Origin: Squalus acanthias
Lineage: Eukaryota
Reading direction: 5' to 3'
Length of the DNA stretch: 64,000 nucleotides
NCBI GenBank assembly: GCA_030390025.1
Contig: CM059432.1
Location: 25,732,001-25,796,000 of the forward strand
Shown here: positions 18,397 through 33,300 of the stretch, piece after piece
Numbering within the stretch: position 1 is the first letter of the stretch
Layout: each line of letters opens with the position of its first letter
Notes under the pieces: generated by a model
The model's database searches: none
What the model was told of the DNA's origin: nothing
The model's input: the letters and a program-made list of their open reading frames with translations, nothing else
Made by a program: the position numbers and the translations under genes

Positions 18397-21300
18397 TCCC
18401 GACCTCGCTGCTGGTCAATGCTGCGCCACTCCTGGGCCCCGATCTTGCTCCTGGGCCTCGTCCTCGCTCCTGGGTCCCGACCTCGCTCCTGGGCCTCGTC
18501 CTCGCTCATGAGCCTCGTCTTCGACACTGGGTCCGGGCCTCACTCCTGGGCCTCGTCCTCGCTCCTGGGCCTCGTCCTCTACCCTGGGCTCCGTCCTCGC
18601 TCCTGGGTCCCGACCTCACTCCTGGGTCCCGACCTCACTCCTGGACCTTGTCCTCGCTCCTGGGTCCCGACCTCGCTCCTGGTCCTCGTCCTCGCTCCTG
18701 GGTCCCGACCTCGCTCCTGGGTCCCGACCTCACTCCTGGGTCCCGACCTCACTCCTGGGTCCCGTCCTCACTCCTGGGTCCCGACCTCGCTCCTGGTCCT
18801 CGTCCTCGCTCCTGGGCCTCGACCTCGCTCCTGGGTCCCGACCTCACTCCTGGGTCCCGACCTCGCTCCTGGTCCTCGTCCTCGCTCCTGAGACTCGTCC
18901 TCGACCCTGGGCCCCGTCCGCGCTCCTGGGTCCCGTCCTCACTCCTGGGTCACGACCTCGCTCCTGGGCCTTGTCCTCGCTCCTGGGCCTCGACCTCGCT
19001 CCTGGGTCCCGACCTCGCTCCTGGGCACCGTCCTCGCTCCTGGGCCTCGACCTCGCTACTGGGCCTCGAACTCGCTCCTGGGCCTCGACATCGCTCCTGG
19101 GTTCCGACCTCGCTCCTGGGCCTTGAACTTGCTCCTGGGCCTTGACCTCGTCCCTGGGCCTTGACCTCGCTCCTGGGCCTCGACCTCGCTCCTGGGACTC
19201 GAACTCGATCCTGGGCCTCATCCTCGCTCCTGGGCCTCGATCTCGCTCCTGGGTCCTGACCTCACTCCTGGGTCCCGACCTCGCTCCTGGGTCTCGACCT
19301 CGCTCATGGGCCTCGTTCTCGCTCCGGGATCCCAACCTGGCTCTTGGGCCTCGACCTCACTCCTGGGCCTCGAGCTCGCTCCTGGGTCCCGACCTCGCTC
19401 CTGGTCCTCGTCCTCGCTCCTGGGTCCCGACCTCACTCCTGGGTCCCGTCCTCACTCCTGGGTCCCGACCTCGCTCCTGGTCCTCGTCCTCGCTCCTGAG
19501 ACTCGTCCTCGACCCTGGTCCCCGTCCTCGCTCCTGGGTCCCGTCCTCACTCCTGGGTCACGATCTCGCTCCTGGTCCTCGTCCTCGCTCCTGGGCCTCG
19601 ACCTCGCTCCTGGGTCCCGACCTCGCTCCTGGGTCTCGACCTCGCTCCTGGGCCTCGTTCTCGCTCCTGGATCCCAACCTCGCTCTTGGGCCTCGACCTC
19701 ACTCCTGGGCCTCGAGCTCTCTCCTGGGTCCCGACCTCGCTCCTGGTCCTCGTCCTCGCTCCTGGGTCCCGACCTCACTCCTGGGTCCCGTCCTCACTCC
19801 TGGGTCCCGACCTCGCTCCTGGTCCTCGTCCTCGCTCCTGGTCCTCGTCCTCGCTCCTGGGACCCGACCTCACTCCTGGGTCCCGTCCTCACTCCTGGGT
19901 CCCGACCTCGCTCCTGGTCCTCGTCCTCGCTCCTGGGCCTCGACCTCGCTCCTGGGTCCCGACCTCGCTCCTGGGCACCGTCCTCGCTCCTGGGCCTCGA
20001 CCTCGCTCCTGGGCCTCGACCTCGCTCCTGGGACTCGAACTCGATCCTGGGCCTCATCCTCGCTCCTGGGTCCCGACCTCGCTCCTGGGCACCGTCCTCG
20101 CTCCTGGGCCTCGACCTCGCTCCTGGGCCTCGACCTCACTCCTGGGCCTCGTCCTCGTCCCTGGGCCTCGATCTCGCTCCTGGGTCCTGACCTCACTCCT
20201 GGGTCCCGACCTCGCTCCTGGGCCTCGACCTCACTCCTGGGCCTCGAGCTCGCTCCTGGGTCCCGACCTCGCTCCTGGTCCTCGTCCTCGCTCCTGGGTC
20301 CCGACCTCACTCCTGGGTCCCGTCCTCACTCCTGGGTCCCGACCTCGCTCCTGGTCCTCGTCCTCGCTCCTGAGACTCGTCCTCGACCCTGGTCCCCGTC
20401 CTCGCTCCTGGGTCCCGTCCTCACTCCTGGGTCACGATCTCGCTCCTGGGCCTTGTCCTCGCTCCTGGGCCTCGACCTCGCTCCTGGGTTCCGACCTCGC
20501 TCCTGGGCCTTGACCTCGCTCCTGGGTTCCGACCTCGCTCCTGGGCCTTGAACTCGCTCCTGGATTCCGACCTCGCTCCTGGGCCTTGACCTGCTCCTGG
20601 GCCTCGTCCTCGTCCCTGGGCCTTGACCTCGCTCCTGGGCCTCAACCTCGCTCCTGGGACTCGAACTCGCTCCTGGGCCTCGACCTCGCTCCTGGGCCTC
20701 ATCCTCGCTCCTGGGTCCCATCCTCGCTCCTGGGCCTCGTCCTTGTCCCTGGGCCTCGATCTCGCTCCTGGGTCCTGAGCTCACTCCTGGGTCCCGACCT
20801 CGCTCCTGGGCCTCGACCTCGCTCCTGGATCCCGACCTCGCTCCTGGGCCTCGACCTCAATCCTGGGCCTCGACCTCACTCCTGGGCCCCGTCCTCACTC
20901 CTGGGCCCCGTCCTCGCTCCTGGGCCTCGACCTCGCTCCTGGGCCCCGTCCTCGCTCCTGGGCCCCGTCCTCGCTCCTGGGTCCCATCCTCACTCCATGC
21001 ACCAACCTCGCTCCTGGGCCTCGTCCTCGCTCCTGGGCCTCGTCCTCGCTCCTGGGCCCCGTTCTCGCTCCTGGATCCCGACCTCACTCCTGGGTCCTGA
21101 ACTCGCTCCTGGGCACAGACCTCGCTCCTGGGCCTCGTCCTCGCTCCTGGGTCCCGACCTCGCTCCTGGGTCCCGTCCTCGCTCCTGGGTCCCGTCCTCG
21201 CTCCTGGGTCCCGACCTCGCTCCTGGGCCTCGACCTCGCTCCTGGGTCCCGATCTCGCCCCTGGGACCCGTCCTCGCTCCTGGGTCCCGTCCTCGCTCCT

Positions 21301-24300
21301 GGGCCTTGACCTCGCTCGTGGGCCTCGTCCTCCTCCCTGGGCCTTGACCTCGCTCCTGGGCCTCGACCTCGCTCCTGGGACTCGAACTCGATCCTGGGCC
21401 TCGACCTCGCTCCTGGGCCTCATCCTCGCTCCTGGGTCCCATCCTCACTCCTGGGCCTCGTCCTCGTCCCTGGGCCTCGATCTCGCTCCTGGGTCCTGAC
21501 CTCACTCCTGTGTCCCGACCTCGCTCCTGGGCCTCGACCTCGCTCCTGGGCCTCGTTCTCGCTCCTGGATCCCGACCTCGCTCCTGGGCCTCGACCTCAC
21601 TCCTGGGCCTCGAGCTCGCTCCTGGGTCCCGACCTCGCTCATGGTCCTCGTCCTCGCTCCTGGGTCCCGACCTCACTCCTGGGTCCCGTCCTCACTCCTG
21701 GGTCCCGACCTCGCTCCTGAGACTCGTCCTCGACCCTGGTCCCCGTCCTCGCTCCTGGGTCCCGTCCTCACTCCTGGGTCACGATCTCGCTCCTGGGCCT
21801 TGTCCTCGCTCCTGGGCCTCGAACTCACTCCTGGGTCCCGACCTCGCTCCTGGGCACCGTCCTCGCTCCTGGGCCTCAACCTCGTCCCTGGGCCTTGAAC
21901 TCACTCCTGGGCCTCGACCTCGCTCCTGGGCCTCGACCTCGCTCCTGGGTCCCGATCTCGCCCCTGGGACCCGTCCTCGCTCCTGGGTCCCGTCCTCGCT
22001 CCTGGGCCTTGACCTCGCTCGTGGGCCTCGTCCTCCTCCCTGGGCCTTGACCTCGCTCCTGGGCCTCATCCTCGCTCCTGGGACTCGAACTCGATCCTGG
22101 GCCTCGACCTCGCTCCTGGGCCTCATCCTCGCTCCTGGGTCCCATCCTCACTCCTGGGCCTCGTCCTCGTCCCTGGGCCTCGATCTCGCTCCTGGGTCCT
22201 GACCTCACTCCTGGGTCCCGACCTCGCTCCTGGGCCTCGACCTCGCTCCTGGGTCACGATCTCGCTCCTGGGCCTTGTCCTCGCTCCTGGGCCTCGACCT
22301 CACTCCTGGGTCCCGACCTCGCTCCTGGGCACCGTCCTCGCTCCTGGGCCTCAACCTCGCTCCTGGGCCTCGAACTCACTCCTGGGCCTCGACCTCGCTC
22401 CTGGGTTCCGACCTCGCTCCTGGGCCTTGACCTCGCTCCTGGGTTCCGACCTCGCTCCTGGGCCTTGAACTCGCTCGGGGCCTCGACCTCGCTCCTGGGC
22501 CTTGACCTCGCTCCTGGATTCCGACCTCGCTCCTGGGCCTTGACCTCGCTCCTGGGCCTCGTCCTCGTCCCTGGGCCTTGACCTCGCTCCTGGGCCTCAA
22601 CCTCGCTCCTGGGACTCGAACTCGCTCCTGGGCCTCGACCTCGCTCCTGGGCCTCATCCTCGCTCCTGGGTCCCATCCTCGCTCCTGGGCCTCGTCCTCG
22701 TCCCTGGGCCTCGATCTCGCTCCTGGGTCCTGAGCTCACTCCTGGGTCCCGACCTCGCTCCTGGGCCTCGACCTCGCTCCTGGATCCCGACCTCGCTCCT
22801 GGGCCTCGACCTCGCTCCTGGGCCTCGACCTCGCTCCTGGATCCCGACCTCGCTCCTGGGCCCCGACCTCGTTCCTGGGCCTCGAGCTCGCTCCTGGGCC
22901 CCGTCCTCACTCCATGCACCAACCTCGCTCCTGGGCCTCGTCCTCGCTCCTGGGCCTCGTCCTCACTCCTGGCCCTCGACCTCGCTCCTGGGCCTCGTCC
23001 TCACTCCTGGGCCTCGACCTCGCTCCTGGGTCCCGACCTCGCTCCTGGGCCTCGTCCTCGCTCCTGGGCCTCGACCTCGCTCCTGGGTCCCGTCGTCGCT
23101 ACTGGGTCCCGACCTCACTCCTGGGTCCCGTCCTCGCTCCTGGGTCCCGTCGTCGCTACTGGGTCCCGACCTCGCTCCTTGGTCCCGACCACGCTCCTGG
23201 GCCCCGACCTCGCTCCTGGGCCTCGACCTCGCTCCTGGGCCTCGACCTCGCTCCTGCGTCCCGTCCTCGCTCCTGGGTCCCGACCTCACTCCTGGGCCTC
23301 GACCTCACTCCTGGGCATCGACCTCGCTCCTGGGTCCCGGCCTCACTCCTGGGCCTCGACCTCGCTCCTGGGTCCCGTCCTCGCTCCTGGGTCCCGACCT
23401 CACTCCTGGGCCTCGACCTCACTCCTGGGTCCCGTCCTCACTCCTGGGTCCCGACCTCGCTCCTGGGCCTCGACCTCACTCCTGGGTCCCGTCCTCACTC
23501 CTGGGTCCCGTCCTCACTCCTGGGTCCCGACCTCGCTCCTGGTCCTCGTCCTCGCTCCTGAGACTCGTCCTCGCTCCTGGGCCTCGACCTCGCTCCTGGA
23601 CGTCGTACTAGCTCCTGGGTCCCGACCTCGCTCCTGGGCCTCGTCCTTGTCCTCGGCCCTGCGCCTCAAACTCGCTCCTGGGCCTCGTCCTCGTCCTTGG
23701 GTCCCGACCTCGCTCCTGGGCACCGTCCTCGCTCCTGGGCCTCGACCTCGCTCCTGGGCCTCAACCTCACTCCTGGGCCTCGTCCTCGTCCCTGGGCCTC
23801 GATCTCGCTCCTGGGTCCTGACCTCGCTCCTGGGTCTCGACCTCGCTCCTGGGCCTCGTTCTCGCTCCTGGATCCCGACCTCGCTCTTGGGCCTCGACCT
23901 CACTCCTGGGTCCCGACCTCGCTCCTGGTCCTCGTCCTCGCTCCTGAGACTCGTCCTCGACCCTGGTCCCCGTCCTCGCTCCTGGGTCCCGTCCTCACTC
24001 CTGGGTCACGATCTCGCTCCTGGGCCTTGTCCTCGCTCCTGGGCCTCGACCTCACTCCTGGGTCCCGACCTCGCTCCTGGGCACCGTCCTCGCTCCTGGG
24101 CCTCGACCTCGCTCCTGGGCCTCGAACTCACTCCTGGGCCTCGACCTCGCTCCTGGGTTCCGACCTCGCTCCTGGGCCTTGACCTCGCTCCTGGGCCTCG
24201 TCCTCGTCCCTGGGCCTTGACCTCGCTCCTGGGCCCCAACCTCGCTCCTGGGACTCGAACTCGCTCCTGGGCCTCGACCTCGCTCCTGGGCCTCATCCTC

Positions 24301-27300
24301 GCTCCTGGGTCCCATCCTCGCTCCTGTGCCTCGTCCTCGTCCCTGGGCCTCGATCTCGCTCCTGGGTCCTGAGCTCACTCCTGGGTCCCGACCTCGCTCC
24401 TGGGCCTCGACCTCGCTCCTGGATCCCGACCTCGCTCCTGGGCCTCGACCTCACTCCTGGGCCTCGAGCTCGCCCTCGCTCCTGGGCCTCGACCTCGCTC
24501 CTGGGTCCCGACCTCGCTCCTGGGCCTTGTCCTCGCTCCTGGGCCTCGACCTCGCTCCTGGTCCCGTCGTCGCTCCTGGGTCCCGACCTCGCTCCTTGGT
24601 CCCGACCTCGCTCCTGGGTCCCGACCTCGCTCCTTGGTCCCGACCTCACTCCTGGGCCTCGACCTCGCTCCTGGGCCTCGACCTCGCTCCTGGTCCCGTC
24701 GTCGCTCCTGGGTCCCGACCTCGCTCCTTGGTCCCGACCTCGCTCCTGGGTCCCGACCTCGCTCCTTGGTCCCGACCTCACTCCTGGGCCTCGACCTCGC
24801 TCCTGGGCCTCGACCTCGCTCCTGCGTCCCGTCCTCGCTCCTGGGTCCCGACCTCGCTCCTGGGCCTCGACCTCACTCCTGGGCATCGACCTCGCTCCTG
24901 GGTCCCGGCCTCACTCCTGGGCCTCGACCTCGCTCCTGGGTCCCGTCCTCGCTCCTGGGCCTCGACCTCACTCCTGAGCCTTGACCTCGCTCCTGGGTCC
25001 CGACCTCACTCCTGGGCCTCGACCTCACTCCTGGGTCCCGTCCTCACTCCTGGGTCCCGACCTCGCTCCTGGTCCTCGTCCTCGCTCCTGAGACTCGTCC
25101 TCGCTCCTGGGTCCCGAACTCACTCCTGGGCCTCGACCTTGCTCCTGGGCCTCGACCTCGCTCCTGGACGTCGTACTAGCTCCTGGGTCCCGACCTCGCT
25201 CCTGGGCCTTGTCCTTGTCCTCGTCCCTGGGCCTCAAACTCGCTCCTGGGCCTCGTCCTCGTTCCTGGGCCTCAACCTCGTTCCTGGGCCTCAACCTCAC
25301 TCCTGGGCCTCGTCCTCGTCCCTGGGCCTCGATCTCGCTCCTGGGTCCCGACCTCGCACCTGGGTCTCGACCTCGCTCCTGGGCCTGGTCCTCGCTCCTG
25401 GGTCTGGTCCTCGCTCCTGGGCACCGACCTCGCTCATGGGCCTGGTCCTCGCTCCTGGGCACTGTCCTCGCTCCTGGGTCCCGTCCTCGCTCCTGGGCAC
25501 ATGACCTTGCTCCAGGGCCACGTCCTCACTCCTGGGCCCCGTTCTCGCTCCTGGATCCCGACCTCACTCCTGGGTCCCGAACTCGCTCCTGGGCACCGAC
25601 CTCGCTCCTGGGCCTTGTCCTCGCTCCTGGGTCCCGACCTCGCTCCTGGGTCCCGTCCTCGCTCCTGGGTCCCGTCCTCGCTCCTGGGTCCCGACCTCGC
25701 TCCTGGGCCTCGACCTCGCTCCTGGGCCTCGACCTCGCTCCTGGGCCTCGACCTCGCTCCTGGGTCCCGATCTCGCCCCTGGGACCCGTCCTCGCTCCTG
25801 GGTCCCGTCCTCGTTCCTGGGCCTCGTCCTCACTCCTGGGTCCCGACTTCGCTCCTGGGCCTCGACCAAATCCTGGGCCTCGACCTCGTCCCTGGGACTC
25901 GTCCTCGTTCCTGGGTCCCGATCTCGCTCCTGGGTCCCGTCCTCGCTCCTGGGTCCCGACCTCGCTCCTGGGCCCCGTCCTCGCTCCTGGGTCCTGTCCT
26001 CGCTCCTGGGACTCGTCCTCGTCTCTGGGACTCGTCCTCGTTCCTTGGTCTCGACCTCACTCCTGGGTCTCGACCTCGCTCCTGGTCCCCGTCCTCGCTC
26101 CTGGGTCCCGTCCTCGCTCCATGCACCAACCTCGCTCCTGGGCCTCGTCCTCGCTCCTGGGTCCCATCCTCGCTCCTGGGCCCTGTCCTCGCTCCTGGGT
26201 CCCGACCTCGCTCCTGGGCCTCGAACTCACTCCTGGGCCCCGTCCTCGCTCCTGGGCCTCGACCTCACTCCTGGGTCCCGTCCTCACTCCTGGGCCTTGT
26301 CCTCGCTCCTGGGCCCCGTCCTCGCTCCTGGGCCTCGACCTCACTCCTGGGTCCCGTCCTCACTCCTGGGTCCCGACCTCGCTCCTGGTCCTCGTCCTCG
26401 CTCCTGAGACTCGTCCTCGACCCTGGTCCCCAACCTCGCTCCTGGGCCTTGACCTCGCTCCTGGGTTCCGTCCTCGCTCCATGCACCAACCTCGCTCCTG
26501 GGCCTCGTCCTCGCTCCTGGGTCCCATTCTCGCTCCTGGGCCCCGTCCTCGCTCCTGGGTCCCGACCTCGCTCCTGGTCCTCATCCTCGCTCCTGAGACT
26601 CGTCCTTGACCCTGGGCCCCGTCCTCGCTCCTGGGTCCCGTCCTCACTCCTGGGTCCCGACCTCGCTCCTGGACCTTGTCCTCGCTCCTGGGTCTCGACC
26701 TCACTCCTGGGTCCCGACCTCGCTCCTGGGCCCCGTCCTCGCTCCTGGGTCTCGACCTCACTCCTGGGCCTCGACCTCGCTCCTGGGCACCGTCCTCGCT
26801 CCTGGGCCTCGACCTCGCTCCTGGGCCTCGAACTCGCTCCTGGGCCTCGAACTCGCTCCTGGGCCTCGACCTCGCTCCTGGGTTCCGACCTCGCTCCTGG
26901 GCCTTGACCTCGCTCCTGGGTTCCGACCTCGCTCCTGGGCCTTGACCTCGCTCCTGGGTTCCGACCTCGCTCCTGGGCCTTGACATCGCTCCTGGGCCTC
27001 GTCCTCGTCCCTGGGCCTTGACCTCGCTCCTGGGCCTCGACCTCGCTCCTGGGACTCGAACTCGCTGCTGGGCCTCGACCTCGCTCCTGGGCCTCATCCT
27101 TGCTCCTGGGTCCCATCCTCACTCCTGGGCCTCGTCCTCGTCCCTGGGCCTCGATCTCGCTCCTGGGTCCTGACCTCACTCCTGGGTCCCGACCTCGCTC
27201 CTGGGCCTCGTTCTCGCTCCTGGATCCCGACCTCGCTCCTGGGCCTCGACCTCACTCCTGGGCCTCGAGCTCGCTCCTGGGTCCCGACCTCGCTCCTGGT

Positions 27301-30300
27301 CCTGGTCCTCGCTCCCGGGTCCCGACCTCACTCCTGGGTCCCGTCCTCACTCCTGGGTCCCGACCTCGCTCCTGGTCCTCGTCCTCGCTCCTGAGACTCG
27401 TCCTCGACCCTGGTCCCCGTCCTCGCTCCTGGGTCCCGTCCTCACTCCTGGGTCACGACCTCGCTCCTGGGCCTTGTCCTCGCTCCTGGGCCTCGACCTC
27501 ACTCCTGGGTCCCGACCTCGCTCCTGGTCCTGGTCCTCGCTCCCGGGTCCCGACCTCACTCCTGGGTCCCGTCCTCACTCCTGGGTCCCGACCTCGCTCC
27601 TGGTCCTCGTCCTCGCTCCTGAGACTCGTCCTCGACCCTGGTCCCCGTCCTCGCTCCTGGGTCCCGTCCTCACTCCTGGCCCTCGATTTCGCTCCTGGGC
27701 CCCGTCCTCGCCCCTGGGCCTCATCCTCGCTCCTGGTCCTCATTCTCGCTCCTTGGCCTCGTCCTCGCTCCTGGGTCCTGACCTCGCTCCTGGGCCTCAT
27801 CCTCGCTCCTGGGCCTCGTCCTCGCTCCTGGGTCCCGACCTCGCTCCTGGGCCTCGTCCTCGCTCTTGGGCCTCGACCTCGCTCCTGGTACCCGACCTCA
27901 CTCCTGGGCCTCGACCTCGCTCCTGGGCCTCGACCTCGCTCCTGGGCCCCGTCCTCGTCCCTGGGCCTCGTCCTCGCTCCTGGGCCTCGTCCTCGCTCCT
28001 GGGTCCTGACCTTGCTCCTGGGCCTTGACCTCGCTCCTGGGCCCCGTCCTCGCCCCTGGGCCTCATCCTCGCTCCTGGGCCTCATTCTCGCTCCAGGCCC
28101 TCGACCTCGCTCCTGGGTCCTGACCTCGCTCCTGGGCCTTGACCTCGCTCCTGGGCCCCATGTTCGCTCCTGGGCCTCATCCTCGCTCCTGGGCCTCATT
28201 CTTGTTCCTGGGCCTCGTCCTCGCTCCTGGGTCCTGACCTCGCTCCTGGGCCTCGTCCTCGCTCCTGGGCCTCGACCTCGCTCCTGGGTCCAGACCTCGC
28301 TCCTGGGCCTCATCCTCGCTCCTGGGCATCGACCTCGCTCCTGGGTCCCGTCATCGCTCCTGTGTCCCGACCTCGCTCCTGGGTCCTGACCTCACTCCTG
28401 GGCCTCATCCTCGCTCCTGGGCCCCGTCCTCACCCCTGGGTCCCGACCTCGCTCCTGGGCCTCGATTTTGCTTCTGGGCCCCATCCTCACTCTCGGGCAC
28501 CGACCTCACTCTTGGTTCTCGTCCTCGCTCCTGGGCACTGTCCTCGCTCCTGGACACCGTCCTCGCTCCTGGGTCCCATCCTCGCTTCTGGGCCTCGTAC
28601 TCGCTCCTGGGCCTCGTACTCGCTCCTGGGCCTCTTCCTCGCTCCTGGGTCCCGACCTCGCTCCTGGGCCTTGTCCTCGCTCCTGGGCCTCGACCTCGCT
28701 CCTGGGTCTCGTCCTCGCTCCTGGGTCCCGACCTCGCTCCTGGGCCTCGACCTCGCTCCTGGGCCTCGACCTCACTCCTGGGCCTCGACCTCGCTCCTGT
28801 GCACTGTCCTCGTCCCTGGGCCTCGTCCACACTCCTGGTCCTCGTCCTCACTCCTGCGTCCGCACCTCGCTCCTGGGCCTTGACCTCGCTCCTGGGCCCC
28901 GTCCTCGACCCTGGGCCTCATCCTTGCTCCTGGGCCTCATTCTCGCTCCAGACCCTCGACCTCGCTCCTGGGTCCTGACCTCGCTCCTGCGCCTTGACCT
29001 CGCTCCTGGGCCCCGTCCTCGCTCCTGGGCCTCATTCTCGCTCCTGGGCCTCGTCCTCGCTCCTGGGTCCTCACCTCGCTCCTGGGCCTTGACCTCGCTC
29101 CTGTGCCCCATCCTCGCCCCTGGGCCTCATCCTTGCTCCTGGGCCTCATTCTCGCTCCAGACCCTCGACCTCGCTCCTGGGTCCTGACCTCACTCCTGGG
29201 CCTCGTGCTCGCTCCTGGGCCCCGTCCTCACCCCTGGGTCTCGTTCTCGCGCCTGGATCCCGTCCTCGCTCCTGGGTCCCGACCTCGCTCCTGGGCCTCG
29301 ATTTTGCTCCTGGGCCCCGTCCTCACTCTCGGGCACCGACCTCACTCTTGGGTCTCGTCCTCGCTCCTGGGCACCGTCCTCGCTCCTGGACACCGTCCTC
29401 GCTCCTGGGTCCCATCATCGCTTCTGGGCCTCGTCCTCGCTCCTGGGCCTCGTCCTCGCTCCTGGGTACCGACCTCGCTCCTGGGCCTTGTCCTCGCTCC
29501 TGGGCCTCGACCTCGCTCCTGGGTCTCGTCCTCGCTCCTGGGTCCCGACCTCGCACCTGGGCCTCGACCGCACTCCTGGGCCTCGATCTCGTCCCTGGGT
29601 CCCGACCTCGCTCCCGGGTCCCGACCTCGCTCCTGGGTCCCGTCCTCGCTCCTGGGCCTCAACCTCGCTCCTGGGCCCCGTGCTCGCTCCTGTGTCCCGT
29701 CCCCGCTCCTGGGCACTGCCCTCGCTCCTGGGCCTCGTCCTCACTCCTGGGTCCCAACCTCGCTCCTGGGTCCCGACCTCGCTCCTGGGATTCGACCTCG
29801 CTCCTGGGCCCCGTCCTCGCTCCTGGGCCTTGATTTTGCTCCTGGGCACCGTCCTCGCTCCTGGGCACCGACCTCGCTGTTGAGTCTCGTCCTCGCTCCT
29901 GGGCCTCGTCCACGCTCCAGGGTCCCGACCTCGCTCCTGGGCCTCGACCTCGCTCCTGGGCCTCGAACTCGCTCCTGGGTCACGACGTCGCTCCTGGGCC
30001 TTGTCCTCGCTCCTGGGCCTCGACCTCGCTCCTGGGCCTCGACCTCGCTCCTGGGCCTCGACCTCGCTCCTGGGCCTCGACCTCGCTCCTGGGTCCCGAC
30101 CTCACTCCTGGGTCCCGTTCTCGCTCCTGGGCCCTGTCCTAGTCCCTGGGCCTCATCCTCGTCCCTGGGCCTCATTCTCGTCCCTGGGTCCTGACCTCAC
30201 TCCTGGGCCTCGTCCTCGCTCCTGGGCCCCGTCCTCACCCCTGGGTCTCGTTCTCGCGCCTGGATCCCGTCCTCGCTCCTGGGTCCCGACCTCGCTCCTG

Positions 30301-33300
30301 GGCCTCGATTTTGCTCCTGGGCCCCATCCACACTCTCGGGCACCGACCTCACTCTTGGTTCTCGTCCTCGCTCCTGGGCACTGTCCTCGCTCCTGGACAC
30401 CGTCCTCGCTCCTGATTCCCATCCTCGCTTCTGGGCCTCATCCTCGCTCCTGGGCCTCGTCCTCGCTCCTGGGTCCCGACCTCGCTCCTGGGTCCCGACC
30501 TCGCTCCTGGGCCTCGTCCTCGCTCCTGGGCCTCGACCTCGCTCCTGGGTCTCGTCCTCGCTCCTGGGTCCCGACCTCGCTCCTGGGCCTCGACCTCGCT
30601 CCTAGTTCCCGACCTCGCTCCTGGGCCTCGACCTCACTCCTGGGCCTCGTCCTCGTCCCTGGGCCTCGTCCACGCTCCTGGGCCTCGTCCTCGCTCCTGG
30701 GTCCCCACCTCCCTCCTGGGCCTTGACCTCGCTCCTGGGCCCCGTCCTCGACCCTGGGCCTCATCCTTGCTCCTGGGCCTCATTCTCGCTCCAGACCCTC
30801 GGCCTCGCTCCTGGGTCCAGACCTCGCTCCTGGGCCTTGACCTCGCTCCTGGGCCCCGTCCTCGCCCCTGGGCCTCATCCTCGCTCCTGGGCCTCATTCT
30901 CGCTCCTGGGCCTCGTCCTCGCTCCTGGGTCCTCACCTCGCTCCTGGGCCTTGACCTCGTTCCTCGGCCCCGTCCTCGCCCCTGGGCCTCATCCTTGCTC
31001 CTGGGCCTCATTCTCGCTCCAGACCCTCGACCTCGCTCCTGGGTCCTGACCTCACTCCTGGGCCTCATGCTCGCTCCTGGGCCCTGTCCTCAGCCCTGGG
31101 TCTCGTTCTCGCGCCTGGATCCCGTCCTCGCTCCTGGGTCCCGACCTCGCTCCTGGGCCTCGATTTTGCTCCTGGGCCCCGTCCTCACTCTCGGGCACCG
31201 ACCTCACTCTTGGGTCTCGTCCTCGCTCCTGGGCACCGTCCTCGCTCCTGGACACCGTCCTCGCTCATGGGTCCCATCCTCGCTTCTGGGCCTCGTCCTC
31301 GCTCCTGGGCCTCGTCCTCGCTCCTGGGCCTCGACCTCGCTCCTGGGTCTCGTCCTCGCTCCTGGGTCCCGACCTCGCTCCTGGGCCTCGACCTCGCTCC
31401 TAGTTCCCGACCTCGCTCCTGGGCCTCGACCTCACTCCTGGGCCTCGTCCTCGTCCCTGGGCCTCGTCCACGCTCCTGGGCCTCGTCCTCGCTCCTGGGT
31501 CCCCACCTCCCTCCTGGGCCTTGACCTCGCTCCTGGGCCCCGTCCTCGACCCTGGGCCTCATCCTTGCTCCTGGGCCTCATTCTCGCTCCAGACCCTCGG
31601 CCTCGCTCCTGGGTCCAGACCTCGCTCCTGGGCCTTGACCTCGCTCCTGGGCCCCGTCCTCGCCCCTGGGCCTCATCCTCGCTCCTGGGCCTCATTCTCG
31701 CTCCTGGGCCTCATCCTCGCTCCTGGGTCCTCACCTCGCTCCTGGGCCTTGACCTCGTTCCTCGGCCCCGTCCTCGCCCCTGGGCCTCATCCTTGCTCCT
31801 GGGCCTCATTCTCGCTCCAGACCCTCGACCTCGCTCCTGGGTCCTGACCTCACTCCTGGGCCTCATGCTCGCTCCTGGGCCCTGTCCTCAGCCCTGGGTC
31901 TCGTTCTCGCGCCTGGATTCCGTCCTCGCTCCTGGGTCCCGACCTCGCTCCTGGGCCTCGATTTTGCTCCTGGGCCCCGTCCTCACTCTCGGGCACCGAC
32001 CTCACTCTTGGGTCTCGTCCTCGCTCCTGGGCACCGTCCTCGCTCATGGACACCGTCCTCGCTCTGGGCCTCGTCCTCGCTCCTGGGCCTCGTCCTCGCT
32101 CCTGGGTCCTCGACCTCGCTCCTGGGCCTTGTCCTCGCTCCTGGGCCTCGACCTCGCTCCTGGGTCTCGTCCTCGCTCCTGGGACCCGACCTCGCACCTG
32201 GGCCTCGACCTCACTCCTGGGCCTCGATCTCGTCCCTGGGTCCCGACCTCGCTCCCTGGTCCCGACCTCGCTCCTGGGTCCCGTCCTCGCTCCTGGGCCT
32301 CGTCCTCGCTCCTGGGCCTTGTCCTCACTCCTGGGACCCGACCTCGCTCCTGGGCCTCGAACTCGCTCCTGGGCCTCGACCTCGCTCCTGGGCCTCATCC
32401 TCGCTCCTGGGTCCCGTGCTCGCTCCGGGAATCGTCCTCGTCCCTGGGACTCGTCCTTGTTCCTGGGTCCCGACCTCGCTCCTGGGCCTTGACCTCATTC
32501 CTGGGTCTCTACCTCGCTCCTGGACCCCGTCCTCGCTCCTGGGTCCCATCCCCGCTCCTATGCACCGCCCTCGCTCCTGGGCCTCGTCTTCGCTCCTGGC
32601 TCCCAACCTCGCTCATGGGTCCCGACCTCGCTCCTGGGCCTCAACCTCGCTCCTGGGCCTCAATTTTGCTCCAGGGCCCCGTCCTCGCTCCTGGGCACCG
32701 ACCTCGCTGTTGAGTCTCGTCCTCGCTCCTGGGCCTCATACTCGCTCCAGACCCTCGACCTCGCTCCTGGGTCCTGACCTCGCTCCTGGGCCTTGACCTC
32801 GCTCCTGGGCCTCATCCTCGCTCCTGGGCCTCATTCTCGCTCCTGGGCCTCGTCCTCGCTCCTGGGTCCTCACCTTGCTCCTGGGCCTTGACCTCGCTCC
32901 TGGGCCCCGTCCTCGCCCCTGGGCCTCATCCTTGCTCCTGGGCCTCATTCTCGCTCCAGACCCTCGACCTCGCTCCTGGGCCTTGACCTCGCTCCTGCGC
33001 CTTGTCCTCGCTCCTGGGCCTCGACCTCACTCCTGGGCCTCGACCTCGTCCCTGGGTCCCGAGCTCGCTCCCGGGTCCCGACCTTGCTCCTGGGTCCCGT
33101 CCTCGCTCCTGGGTCCCGTCCTCGCTCCTGGGCCTCGTCCTCGCTCCTGGGCCTCGTCCTCACTCCTGGGTCCCGACCTCGCTCCTGGGCCTCGAACTCG
33201 CTCCTGGGCCTCGACCTCGCTCCTGGGCCTCATCCTCGCTCCTGGGTCCCGTCCTCGCTCCGGGAATCGTCCTCGTCCCTGGGACTCGTCCTTGTTCCTG